From the NCBI GenBank assembly GCA_963803975.1, contig CAWDOY010000012.1:1-64000 (forward strand): DNA of 64,000 nt. The letters run 5' to 3'. The notes below the pieces were generated by a model, which searched no databases, was not told the DNA's origin, and saw only the letters and a program-made list of their open reading frames with translations. The stretch is from an uncultured delta proteobacterium. GTDB taxonomy: Bacteria; Desulfobacterota; WTBG01; CAIYCZ01. Both the position numbers and the translations under genes were made by a program. Numbering within the stretch: the first letter of the stretch is position 1; the number at the start of each line of letters is the position of its first letter. Shown here in pieces: positions 7,871 to 17,302 of this stretch.

Positions 7871-9937
7871 TCAAATACCGCAGCTCTTTTTGAATGTTAA
7901 TGCGCCGACCGGACAATTTTCAACCATGCGGGTGAGCAAAGCGCTGCTTAATGGTTCCCGTGCTTCTGCAGGCCTGACCTGCAAATCAAAACCACGGCCA
8001 GCAACGCGCATTACCCGGGTGCCAAAGAGTTCCTCTGCAATACGCACACAAAGACGACACTTGATGCACTTGTGGGCCTCATAGATTATCTTGGGCAATG
8101 ATTCATCAGTTTCGTAATCGCACGTTCTTCCATGGAACGTAGTGCCATCTGCAACAAGCTGCGTTGCATTAGTGCGCAGCTTACACTCGTGCACACCCCT
8201 GCAGCCGCACTGAATGCAGCGCTTAGCCTCGGCGCCTGCTTCTTGAGCAGTAAAGCCCTGCTCCACCTCATCAAAATGTACCATTCGGCCCTCAGGATTC
8301 AGCTCCCGCATTTTGATGCGTGGTGCTTTTGGAAATAATTTCATGATTTTTTCAAGCACCTCGCTGCGCTCGCTCAATGAGTTATTATAGTACACTGGAT
8401 CACCGGTTACTGGCTGCCCCCTGACAAACTGGTCTATGGAAATTGCGGCCCTCCTGCCGGAGGCAATGGCGCTGACAACAGTGCCAGCACTGGAAACACA
8501 GTCTCCACCGGCAAAAACATCTGCCATGCCTGTCTGCATGGTATGCCTATCCGCCTTGATCATGGGCTGCATTCCCTGTTTCATATCAACACCTAGCAGG
8601 ACATCCGCTCCCCGGGAGCCTTCAAGGCAGCTGAGGTCAGGACTTTGACCGGCTGCAACAATCAGGGTCTCGCAGTCATCCGAGACCGTGCCAGATTCGT
8701 CATAGCAGGGGTTAAAATTGCCGTTGCTGTCAAAAACAGTGATGCATCGCTTCAGCTCAACTCCTGCAACCCGGCCGCTCCTGGCAATAATGTGCTTGAT
8801 ACCCCACTCATTCAGGATGGTAATGCCTTCTGCCTCGGCTGCATCTACTGCCCGTTGATGGGCGGGCATTTCATGCTTTTTCTCAAGGCAATAAATTCGT
8901 ACATCTGCAGCCCCTTTCCTGCGAGCAACCCGCGCTGCGTCCATGGCTGCACCGCCTCCACCGATTATGATTACCTTCTTCCCGATGGTATAATCCTTCC
9001 CGCGACTCTGATTGTTGAGAACACTGAGCGCAGTGGTTACTCCCTCAATCCCTTCGTTTTCAAGGTGCATTCTCAGCGGCTCCTGGGCTCCCAGTGCCAA
9101 AAAAACCGCATCGAACTCACGCCGCAGATAGTCAAGTGAGATGTCCCTGCCCAACAGGGTATTTGGATGGGTCCTGGCTCCCAGTTTTTGTATTGTCTCC
9201 ACCTCAGCGTCAACCAGGCTGCGCGGCAAATTGAAGCAGGGAATAGCATATTGGAGCATGCCCCCCGGTTTTTCGTTTGCGTCAAATAGGCTGCACATAT
9301 GTCCCATAAGCAACAGGTAATAGGCGGCAGTAAGGCCTGCAGGGCCTGCGCCGACAATGGCTATCTTTTTCCCTGTGGCGGAAGCTTTTTCTGGAATAAA
9401 CTCTTCTTCTGTATCTGCAACATACCGCTTCAGGTCACAGATCGCAACCGGCGCTTCTGCCAGCTGCCTGCGGCAGGCATCCTCGCAGGGACGCTGACAT
9501 ATGCGTCCTAAAACGCCTGCAAATGGTATCTTCTGCTTGATCAGTTCGAGAGCCCTGCGGTTATCATTGCAGCTCAGCTGAAATATAAATCCAGGTATAT
9601 CGATCCCGGCAGGACATGCAGTTACGCAGGGGGCAAGGCAGTCACCCAGGTGATCCGATAACAGCAGCTCGATACATGTCCGGCGCGCTTTGTGCACGCT
9701 CCTAGTTGTTGTCTGAATCTTCATGCCGCCAGTAATCTCGGTGGCGCATGATGGTACGAGATCAGTCTGCCCTTCGACCTCAACCATGCACAAACCGCAT
9801 GATGCGCGGGGTTCCAGATCACGGCAGTAACATAACGTCGGGATAAATATTCCTGCCTGCTCTGCAGCTGCGAGAATCGTGCTCCCCGCAGCAGCCTCGA
9901 CTTTCGTGCCGTCAATCGTCACCGTTACTGTTTTCAC
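7871..9937 (-). CDS. NAD(P)H-dependent flavoprotein: 2Fe-2S N-terminus, GltD/NfnB-like core, C-terminal 4Fe-4S
   Basis: IPTLC..SCGLC, APCVTACP, GRICQRPCEDAC, VGAGPAGL, IIGGG, FAGGD, CIKCRLC. Confidence 0.85.
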   Translation of the reverse strand: MKTVTVTIDGTKVEAAAGSTILAAAEQAGIFIPTLCYCRDLEPRASCGLCMVEVEGQTDLVPSCATEITGGMKIQTTTRSVHKARRTCIELLLSDHLGDCLAPCVTACPAGIDIPGFIFQLSCNDNRRALELIKQKIPFAGVLGRICQRPCEDACRRQLAEAPVAICDLKRYVADTEEEFIPEKASATGKKIAIVGAGPAGLTAAYYLLLMGHMCSLFDANEKPGGMLQYAIPCFNLPRSLVDAEVETIQKLGARTHPNTLLGRDISLDYLRREFDAVFLALGAQEPLRMHLENEGIEGVTTALSVLNNQSRGKDYTIGKKVIIIGGGGAAMDAARVARRKGAADVRIYCLEKKHEMPAHQRAVDAAEAEGITILNEWGIKHIIARSGRVAGVELKRCITVFDSNGNFNPCYDESGTVSDDCETLIVAAGQSPDLSCLEGSRGADVLLGVDMKQGMQPMIKADRHTMQTGMADVFAGGDCVSSAGTVVSAIASGRRAAISIDQFVRGQPVTGDPVYYNNSLSERSEVLEKIMKLFPKAPRIKMRELNPEGRMVHFDEVEQGFTAQEAGAEAKRCIQCGCRGVHECKLRTNATQLVADGTTFHGRTCDYETDESLPKIIYEAHKCIKCRLCVRIAEELFGTRVMRVAGRGFDLQVRPAEAREPLSSALLTRMVENCPVGALTFKKSCGI

Positions 9938-9979
9938 TTTTTCTCTAACACGCCATTTCAGGTATTGCAGGTTAAATGC

Positions 9980-10059
9980 CTAGCAATAATTGCTAGACCC
10001 ATTAAAAAATTAAAGGATAGAGAAAATTTTCTCTATCCTGCCTCTGGGGGGGGGAGGCA
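9980..10059. repeat. Three adjacent inverted repeats
   Basis: CTAGCAAT-A-ATTGCTAG (9980-9996); perfect 26-bp palindrome AGGATAGAGAAAATTTTCTCTATCCT (10014-10039); TGCCTC..GAGGCA around a G-run. Confidence 0.75.
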
Positions 10060-10130
10060 TCTGGATGGATATGGTTAAAACAAACTCATAAAAAACAGGG
10101 TTTAATTTTTTCATCAGAACTGACTGATCA

Positions 10131-10760
10131 TCAATGTTGGCCGTTTTTCGCACTTGGTATATTACACGTGTTTGATGGGCACCTACGCTCTAAAACATGT
10201 TCTGCATACTGGGATCGAAACAAACGAAGCGAGTCGTCCACCACAGCACCAGCGGATTTTCCGACCTGGCACATGCTTGCGCTCGCGGCCTGTACCGCCA
10301 GATCCTCCAGCACATCGATGTCCCTTGAGGTGCCGGCACCTGCACAGATGCGGTTGAGTATCTCGAGCATCCGCAGGGTGCCAATGCGACATGCGGAGCA
10401 TTCTCCGCATGATTCCTTATACAGGGCATCAAGAAAAAAACGGGCGACATCAACCATGCAGCAGGTCTCTGCCCAGACGACGCTGCCACTTCGACCGCTC
10501 ATAAAGACCCTATTGGTGATATCATCATGCTGGATGCGAAAGTCAAACAGATTGTGGGGAAGCTGCTCAGCCACAGGTACGGCATCGCGCCCTGCATATA
10601 AAAAATCAGCCGGGTAGACACCGCTGGAAATAACCCTGCTGTTGATTCTCATACAGGTACTCATTTCAACCTGATGGGGAAGCTGCGACCTTCTTTTTAG
10701 CTTATATCGCTTTAGTCGCTGCTCAAAAATTTCCTCGGGATAGCTTTTGCTTTTACTCAT
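10131..10760 (-). CDS. Stand-alone NuoF C-terminal 4Fe-4S domain protein
   Basis: CMVDVARFF..ESCGECSACRIG..SMCQVG..HVLERRCPSNTC; no FMN/NADH-binding domain visible. Confidence 0.75.
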   Translation of the reverse strand: MSKSKSYPEEIFEQRLKRYKLKRRSQLPHQVEMSTCMRINSRVISSGVYPADFLYAGRDAVPVAEQLPHNLFDFRIQHDDITNRVFMSGRSGSVVWAETCCMVDVARFFLDALYKESCGECSACRIGTLRMLEILNRICAGAGTSRDIDVLEDLAVQAASASMCQVGKSAGAVVDDSLRLFRSQYAEHVLERRCPSNTCNIPSAKNGQH

Positions 10761-11919
10761 CGTAGGAAAGATATTTTTTAGGATTTTCTATTAACATCGT
10801 ATCTATTGCTTTTTGAGAAACTCCGTACGCATTTTTTAAAACAGGTATTATTGTTTCTAAAAGGTGGGTATATCCATAACCCCCATACTTTTTGTAATGA
10901 ATCTTCATGTAGCACTCACAGGAAGGCAGGAGCTGCTCCGCATAACCTTCTTCAACCAGCTTTGCAAGCACCTCCATCCTTTGCCGGTTGTCATAGTTGA
11001 TGCCGTAGCCAAGCCCTATGAGATAGGTTTCATCATTAAACCCGTCAAAGCTAAGACCTATGCCTCTGTCAAGAAGGGATCTCAGCAAATCAATATTGCA
11101 GGTATAGCAGTCACTGTGATTCATATAAAACTTATCAAAATTAACCCCCTCTTGCTTTAGAATATCCAGGTATTGATGGAGGCTGCTCTCCTTTAACGGC
11201 TTGTCTTTGATGTATGAGGTAAGCTTGGAATTATAGAGCAGCTGTTCGTGCCCGTTGGGATGAACACAGAACGGCCTTCCCGTTTTTACCTGAGCCCTGC
11301 AGCAAGCCAGGAAGCACTTTTTCTCGTCTTCATTGTTAAAAGCCTTGAACCCTCCTCCTACCCCAACCTTGATGATGCCGGCTTTAATCCCGCCTGTGTC
11401 TATTGGGTAGCCGTACCCGGTGCCCCAGTTGTACCTGCACCCTTCGGTTATTTCTTGAACAAGAATGTCACACAGCTCATCTGCGGTTTTATCCTTTATA
11501 TAGGGCGGGTGAGTCGGGGCTAAGTACCATCCGCTTGCACAGATAATGTTCACACCGCTGGCAATTGCCATTTTTTTCTGGCCGATCGGATCACGTGTCG
11601 GCAGCAGGGTCGTGGGACAGGTGTCAACAATGGTACAACACCCCGCCATTTTCAGTTCGCGCAGCTCCTGGATCACCATGTCCAGGTCGTCAATCACCAG
11701 ATTGTCAAGGCAGGAAAGGGGATCGATGCGCAGCCTGCCCAGAATTTCGATACAAACCCTGGCATCTTTTATAAAGGCTCCTGAAGATGCTTTGTATTCA
11801 GTATACCAGTTTGAGATATTGGTCGTCGTGTGCATGTGGCACAAGGTGACCCCAAGTTCAGCGGGCGAGATCGGGCCGCGAACAGTCATCACCCTCTTTT
11901 CAGCCATGCCTCTCTCCAA
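10753..11919 (-). CDS. Phosphotriesterase-related amidohydrolase-fold protein
   Basis: VMTVRGPI, LGVTLCHMH, GIKAGIIKVG, CVHP, MNHSD, KKYGGYGY, IENPKK. Confidence 0.8.
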   Translation of the reverse strand: MERGMAEKRVMTVRGPISPAELGVTLCHMHTTTNISNWYTEYKASSGAFIKDARVCIEILGRLRIDPLSCLDNLVIDDLDMVIQELRELKMAGCCTIVDTCPTTLLPTRDPIGQKKMAIASGVNIICASGWYLAPTHPPYIKDKTADELCDILVQEITEGCRYNWGTGYGYPIDTGGIKAGIIKVGVGGGFKAFNNEDEKKCFLACCRAQVKTGRPFCVHPNGHEQLLYNSKLTSYIKDKPLKESSLHQYLDILKQEGVNFDKFYMNHSDCYTCNIDLLRSLLDRGIGLSFDGFNDETYLIGLGYGINYDNRQRMEVLAKLVEEGYAEQLLPSCECYMKIHYKKYGGYGYTHLLETIIPVLKNAYGVSQKAIDTMLIENPKKYLSYDE

Positions 11920-12008
11920 TGGAAGGGATTCTTAATCCAAAAAATATACGGCAGACTTAGTTTAAAATATGCACAAACAGCTTTGAACAATGACTGTATC
12001 GGGAATTC

Positions 12009-13286
12009 TTAGTACCCGTACTCCAGTAAAGCCTTGGGTGAAAAATAATCATACTGCAATCCTAATCCCTTTTCTCCGGCTGCCCATTCTGTAAAATATG
12101 CTTTTGTCCCATGGAGCCGCTGTACATCAATAACGGTTTGATTCGCAATTGCCAAAACCATCTGGCCATCATATGCCGATTTAACTGTTCTATAGGATAC
12201 TTCAAAAAGTTTCCACAATTTGCCCAGCTTGTCATATTTATCAGCATACAGAATAACCCAATTCTCCGGGTCAAGATACCAGATCTCCTTGCTGTAAATA
12301 TAATTCGGGTCCTTGTTCTTACACTCTACTACATACATATTGATTCTCTCGCGCTGGTACCCGCTCACATAGCACTGTCCCTCTATATCGTTTGCTTTCA
12401 GCTTCATCGGGTCCTGATGCCGGGGCATGAGCAGTTCTTTTCTTCCTATTGTTTTATACACATTATCTCTAATTACCCAGTTGTACCCGCCCTGGTCATT
12501 ATAGGTAATGTCCGAAGGACCGATATGGGTCTGCCGCTGGGCTGTAGATCTGCGGACAACCCGTCTGGTCGAGCTTGAAAACTCCCACGAACCGTAATCC
12601 TTCCCCCTGTCGTTCCACTTCACCGTCATGGCCCGCATACCCTTGAACGCAGGGGGTTCATAATATTGCATATGGTATGCTTGGTACATGTCTTTCGGGT
12701 TAGGTACAAATGCCGGCGCCGGTGGAACATCTCTCCGCCCGGTAAACCAGGTCTGATACTCATCAACAATCATGGGGCGGTTACTTTTTTTCCTGCCGTC
12801 GACAATTTCCATATGGGTATGATCCCGAAAATTATCTCCCCTGCTAAAATTGTCGAAATTATAGGCCATTTCTAATGGGGTCTGGGGGTTAGGGAATGGA
12901 ACCCCGGATACATAATTCAAAAGGTTCTCGTCAGGCCCTATTTTACACTGGCCAGCTTCGGTAAATTTTATATCACCCTTGGTCGGTATAAACTCCTGGT
13001 AGGGGACTATCTCAAACCAGTACTCTCCCCATTTTCCAGGGTCGGTTAATAAACTATACAAATTTTCAGGAAGAAGTTCCTTAACCTTACCAATGTTAGC
13101 AGGGGTAATTTTTTGACCCACCCAGGTTTTTTCCCATTCTCTTAATTGCTCAAGCTCTTTTGCCTCATAACACAATACCGGATATCGGATTTCTGCAGCC
13201 CGGCTGGTCGCAGGCATAAAAAGCCCTACCCATAGCATTACCGTTATTACCAGGATTAATAATGAAAACATTTTTTTGTTGTCCAT
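12009..13286 (-). CDS. DUF1329-family periplasmic protein
   Basis: Signal peptide; ITPANI, GVPFPNP, RRVVRRS, YSKEIWYLDPE, YDKLGKLWK. Confidence 0.75.
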   Translation of the reverse strand: MDNKKMFSLLILVITVMLWVGLFMPATSRAAEIRYPVLCYEAKELEQLREWEKTWVGQKITPANIGKVKELLPENLYSLLTDPGKWGEYWFEIVPYQEFIPTKGDIKFTEAGQCKIGPDENLLNYVSGVPFPNPQTPLEMAYNFDNFSRGDNFRDHTHMEIVDGRKKSNRPMIVDEYQTWFTGRRDVPPAPAFVPNPKDMYQAYHMQYYEPPAFKGMRAMTVKWNDRGKDYGSWEFSSSTRRVVRRSTAQRQTHIGPSDITYNDQGGYNWVIRDNVYKTIGRKELLMPRHQDPMKLKANDIEGQCYVSGYQRERINMYVVECKNKDPNYIYSKEIWYLDPENWVILYADKYDKLGKLWKLFEVSYRTVKSAYDGQMVLAIANQTVIDVQRLHGTKAYFTEWAAGEKGLGLQYDYFSPKALLEYGY

Positions 13287-13354
13287 GTTTTTAACCTCCT
13301 TTTGTTTATCTGCATGACAGACAGCTATAGCGATGCAGCAGCAGGGGTTTTTGT

Positions 13355-14836
13355 TCAGAATTCATATTTTACTGAAAGCCCCACTTGATTGCCATATTTG
13401 TCGAGATGCTTGTTTAAATCCTGATAAAAGAGAACAAACTGCCAGTGGAAAGTGGGCATATAGACTAACTGGGGCAGCAAGGTGCGGCTGCCGTTTGTGT
13501 CATACGATATGTTAAACACGGTGGTCAGGGTGCTGAATAAAAAAGTGGTTGATGCGGTAAAGCTAAATTTGGTCTGTGATGAATCCTTGCCTGTTTCACC
13601 GATTATGTATTCGCCAGTGGCCTTATTATGTTCATGATCAAACATATAGTACTGATACCAGGTAAAGGACAAACTGAACGGCTCATTCCGGTTCATATCG
13701 GATATCCAGGGAACCATGGTTTTTCTGTCAAACGTGAGAGCAGTAGTAAGAAGTCTTCTCTGTTTAATAGCACTGACACTGTTAGCAGCCGTGCCATAAT
13801 TGTAATCCCGGCTTGTGTTAAAAGCACATTCACCCCTGATGGCCGAGCGAAGCTTTGACGAGGTGGTGGAAAAACAAAAGGCAGTAGAGTTGTAGCGCGG
13901 GTACGTCCATACTTTACGGGAAGTATCACCGAGCAGCATGAGGAGTAATAAATTAGTCTGCCCCTCTGCGCCGTTTATGAGCGGGGAGTCAAGCCTGGTA
14001 TAAAAATGAGAGAGATACCAGTCCACACCTTCACCTATTGTGGAGTATCCCCGTATTCTCAACCCAACTTCACAATTGTTCCAGCTGGAACTCGGGGCAT
14101 CCCTTCGCTGTGCATCAAGAACCCGCTGGAACCAATTGCTCGGCAGTATGGGGAGTGGCATTGGGGACTGCCCGACGTAAGCGCCATGCCCTGCGGGCGG
14201 GACTCTCGTTCCAATAAAGGTAGATGGTATTACAAGAAATTCAAACGACATATCCTGCCACCAGTTTTCCGGCCGCCAGAACATCCGTGCCATCCAGAGA
14301 CCCATCTTATAGTCCTCCCAGTCCGGAAAAGCGATTATATACTTCAAATTAAGAGGGTTGATAACGTCTGCCACACGTGCTTCAGCAGTCTCCCCCCAGC
14401 TTACCAGCTGCTTGCCCAAACGGAGCTGAAAGGTTTTATACTTTACATCAAAGTAAGCCTCCTTGAGATACTCTTCGCTGTCGCTCGGCCTTTGGACGTT
14501 ATTATAATAACTGCGGCCAGCTTCTTGTCCGACTGAGTATCTCATATTCGAGTCTATATCAAGAACATAGTCATAATAGTAATTGGCAAGTGAATAAAAT
14601 TGAATATCAAGCTCAGGGCAGCTCACTATTTTGTATAAAGCTTCACCTCGTACCGTTGTCCTGAAGCTGTTATACCGTATATTGCGTTCATCCTGATGAG
14701 TTTTTACATTCAGTGTCTGCTGAATACTCCCCTTAAAATCCAGCTTTCCATCGTACAACGATAAGGGAAATGCACTGCTCTGCAGTAAAAACAGCAATGC
14801 AATTACCATGAAAAGATTGAAAAATGTTTTTTTCAT
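13355..14836 (-). CDS. DUF1302-family outer-membrane beta-barrel protein
   Basis: Signal peptide; LKEAYFD, LRLGKQLVSWGE, DVINP; terminal YEF. Confidence 0.75.
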   Translation of the reverse strand: MKKTFFNLFMVIALLFLLQSSAFPLSLYDGKLDFKGSIQQTLNVKTHQDERNIRYNSFRTTVRGEALYKIVSCPELDIQFYSLANYYYDYVLDIDSNMRYSVGQEAGRSYYNNVQRPSDSEEYLKEAYFDVKYKTFQLRLGKQLVSWGETAEARVADVINPLNLKYIIAFPDWEDYKMGLWMARMFWRPENWWQDMSFEFLVIPSTFIGTRVPPAGHGAYVGQSPMPLPILPSNWFQRVLDAQRRDAPSSSWNNCEVGLRIRGYSTIGEGVDWYLSHFYTRLDSPLINGAEGQTNLLLLMLLGDTSRKVWTYPRYNSTAFCFSTTSSKLRSAIRGECAFNTSRDYNYGTAANSVSAIKQRRLLTTALTFDRKTMVPWISDMNRNEPFSLSFTWYQYYMFDHEHNKATGEYIIGETGKDSSQTKFSFTASTTFLFSTLTTVFNISYDTNGSRTLLPQLVYMPTFHWQFVLFYQDLNKHLDKYGNQVGLSVKYEF

Positions 14837-14927
14837 TTCTACCCCTCCTCCTCACGGAAAATTTTTTTACGTTACCGTTTTATAGAAACACCCCGTGAAT
14901 ATCTATGCTAAATAGCCCTTCAGGCTA

Positions 14928-17288
14928 TTAATTTGAAGTCTTATTTATAAGAAACTTTGGTTTTAATAAAAATACCAGTACCGGAACGAGAAATATCGCT
15001 CCAAGACAGTTCAGAAAGAGTATCACCGCCAGCATCATGCCCATCTGTGCCTGGAACTTGAGGGGTGATAAAGTCCAAATCAGCAGCCCGAGCACTAGGG
15101 TGCCGGCAATATAGATTATGGATTTGCCATACGACTGTATGGTGCAAATCAGCGCCTCAGCCAGCGACCGTGAGGGGTCCCTCCTCTTTTCCTCTTCAAG
15201 ACGTGCCAGAAAATATATTCCGTAATCAACCCCCATGCCGATTCCTGCAGCAGATACCGGCAGCGTGGAGATGGAAAGGCCGATCTGGAATATTGCCATG
15301 TAGGCAAATGCTATCCAGTTTGAAAGGAGAAGAGGGATGGTAAGTATCAACCCAGCTTTAATTGACTTGAACTCAAGGGTACAGAAGAAAAACACTCCAA
15401 GCAGGGCTATGAGCAAAGTTTGGAGTTGCTTCTCTGCAACAACCTCGTTTATAGCAGCTTCCACCCCGATAACACCTCCCGCAAGCTTATATGAAACCGC
15501 GTCATTTGCTTTGAGCACTGAATGCTCATTCATAAAAGCTCGTGCTGTATCAATAGCCTTTTTTATAGTGGGGCCGGTTTTATCTTTGAAAAGAACGACA
15601 ATATTTGTGTACTGGTCATGATAATCCATGAACCGCTCCACAAATCCGGGATCCCCGCCGCTTGCCAGCTGTTGAAACAGGTGGATGATATCGAACTCGG
15701 CGTCCGGAAACCCGTACCACTTGGGGTCATCAGCATGCATACCCTGATTCATGCCCAGCAAGAGCTGTACAATATTCTGTGTGCCTGCCGATCCGGAGTT
15801 CTTCTCCATATAGCGGCTGAAGTGATATATATCTTTTATCACCCTGCCCGTTTTTATTGCATACCTCTGTGAACCTGAAACAATAATGTACAGCGGATTT
15901 ATTAATGGGTGGGTCTTGTTTATGCGCTCGCTGTCCTGGTTGTAGCGGGAGGAAGGATAGAGGTAATTAGAGCCGACCTCAGCGTCTCCAACAATGAGGC
16001 GCTCTGACCAGTAATAGGAAAACACCAAAATGATCAGCACGCTGACGATGACCGTATTTCTCCCGCGGCGTGCTAAGAGCCAGGGACCCAGCCAATCGGC
16101 AAATCTGTTTGCCAGCCCTGTCCTCTTTTTATCCTTTTCCCGCTCTTTTTCTATATGCTTTAAAAATTTTTTAGAAATGGGGCAGTAGGTTAGCAGCACC
16201 GGGGTTAGAATAAGGCCGATAAAAACTGTTATTATAGACCAGAAAGCACAGGCGATTGAAATGTTGCGAAGCATTGGTATGGGCACAATTGCCACGATGG
16301 CAATCCCGAAGGCGTCGGTTATGACACTGGTCAGACCCGGAAGAAACATCTCTTGAATGATGGTCTTTGCAGCCTGCTGCTGGTCACCGTGGGTTATATA
16401 TTCTTCGTAGAAGCGGTTGTACAGCTGGTGGGAGTGGCGGAACGCCATGAGCCCGATGAGAAACGGCATCACAAAAATAAGCGGATCTAAATTGTATCCC
16501 ATAAGGCCCATAAATCCCAGGCCCCAAATCCCTGAGATAATCCCTGCTGAAGGAACAAGAAACGTTGGCCAGAGAGACCTGTAGGCAAAAAACAGCAATA
16601 CCGGAATCACCAGGGCTGTGCAGATAAGAATATAATTAATCGTATCGACCATGTTCCCGATTATTCCGATGTGCATGGGATAACCCACAATGCAGAGCCT
16701 GTGCTGATCATCCTCCACCGTATCGCGTATCCTGGTGAGGCCCTGGTAGATCAGATTATAGTCAAGTTTTTCCTCGTAAAAATCGGCCGTGATCAGGGAG
16801 TTCTTGCAGTCATTCGACACATAAGTTCCGTAGTACATCATGTTAGAAAAAATCGAATCCTTCAGCTTCTTCATTTCCTGTTCTGTTTTAGGGATTTCAG
16901 GCCACATGAGATAATTGGTCTCGATGCCCCATGAGGTGAATTTGAACGTGCTGAATTTCTGGTGGGCAATGGAGAGGATTTTGTGCCGGTCAATGCCCGG
17001 AATGGTGAGCAGCTCATCGGTCACATATTTTATCTTCCCAAGAGTTACCTGATTAAAAATGTCCCCGCTTTTGACCTGAAGCAGCATGATTAGCTGATTT
17101 GCCCCGCCGAAATTCTCCTGAAACTCCTTGTGTATCTTAATGTAGGGATGGCTTTGCGGCAAAAGATCACCAAAGCTGGTCATAACGTTTAATTTGGGTA
17201 TCTGCGTGGCCCACAGCACGGTAACAATTGCGGTGAGTATAAGGATGACTGCGCGAAACCGTACAGTCACTTCAGCAAACTTCTTCAT
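14928..17288 (-). CDS. RND/MMPL-family membrane transporter
   Basis: Two hydrophobic halves; HPYIK, FGGAN, GIGMGVDYGIY. Confidence 0.85.
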   Translation of the reverse strand: MKKFAEVTVRFRAVILILTAIVTVLWATQIPKLNVMTSFGDLLPQSHPYIKIHKEFQENFGGANQLIMLLQVKSGDIFNQVTLGKIKYVTDELLTIPGIDRHKILSIAHQKFSTFKFTSWGIETNYLMWPEIPKTEQEMKKLKDSIFSNMMYYGTYVSNDCKNSLITADFYEEKLDYNLIYQGLTRIRDTVEDDQHRLCIVGYPMHIGIIGNMVDTINYILICTALVIPVLLFFAYRSLWPTFLVPSAGIISGIWGLGFMGLMGYNLDPLIFVMPFLIGLMAFRHSHQLYNRFYEEYITHGDQQQAAKTIIQEMFLPGLTSVITDAFGIAIVAIVPIPMLRNISIACAFWSIITVFIGLILTPVLLTYCPISKKFLKHIEKEREKDKKRTGLANRFADWLGPWLLARRGRNTVIVSVLIILVFSYYWSERLIVGDAEVGSNYLYPSSRYNQDSERINKTHPLINPLYIIVSGSQRYAIKTGRVIKDIYHFSRYMEKNSGSAGTQNIVQLLLGMNQGMHADDPKWYGFPDAEFDIIHLFQQLASGGDPGFVERFMDYHDQYTNIVVLFKDKTGPTIKKAIDTARAFMNEHSVLKANDAVSYKLAGGVIGVEAAINEVVAEKQLQTLLIALLGVFFFCTLEFKSIKAGLILTIPLLLSNWIAFAYMAIFQIGLSISTLPVSAAGIGMGVDYGIYFLARLEEEKRRDPSRSLAEALICTIQSYGKSIIYIAGTLVLGLLIWTLSPLKFQAQMGMMLAVILFLNCLGAIFLVPVLVFLLKPKFLINKTSN

Positions 17289-17302
17289 GTGCCATGCCCC
17301 TG

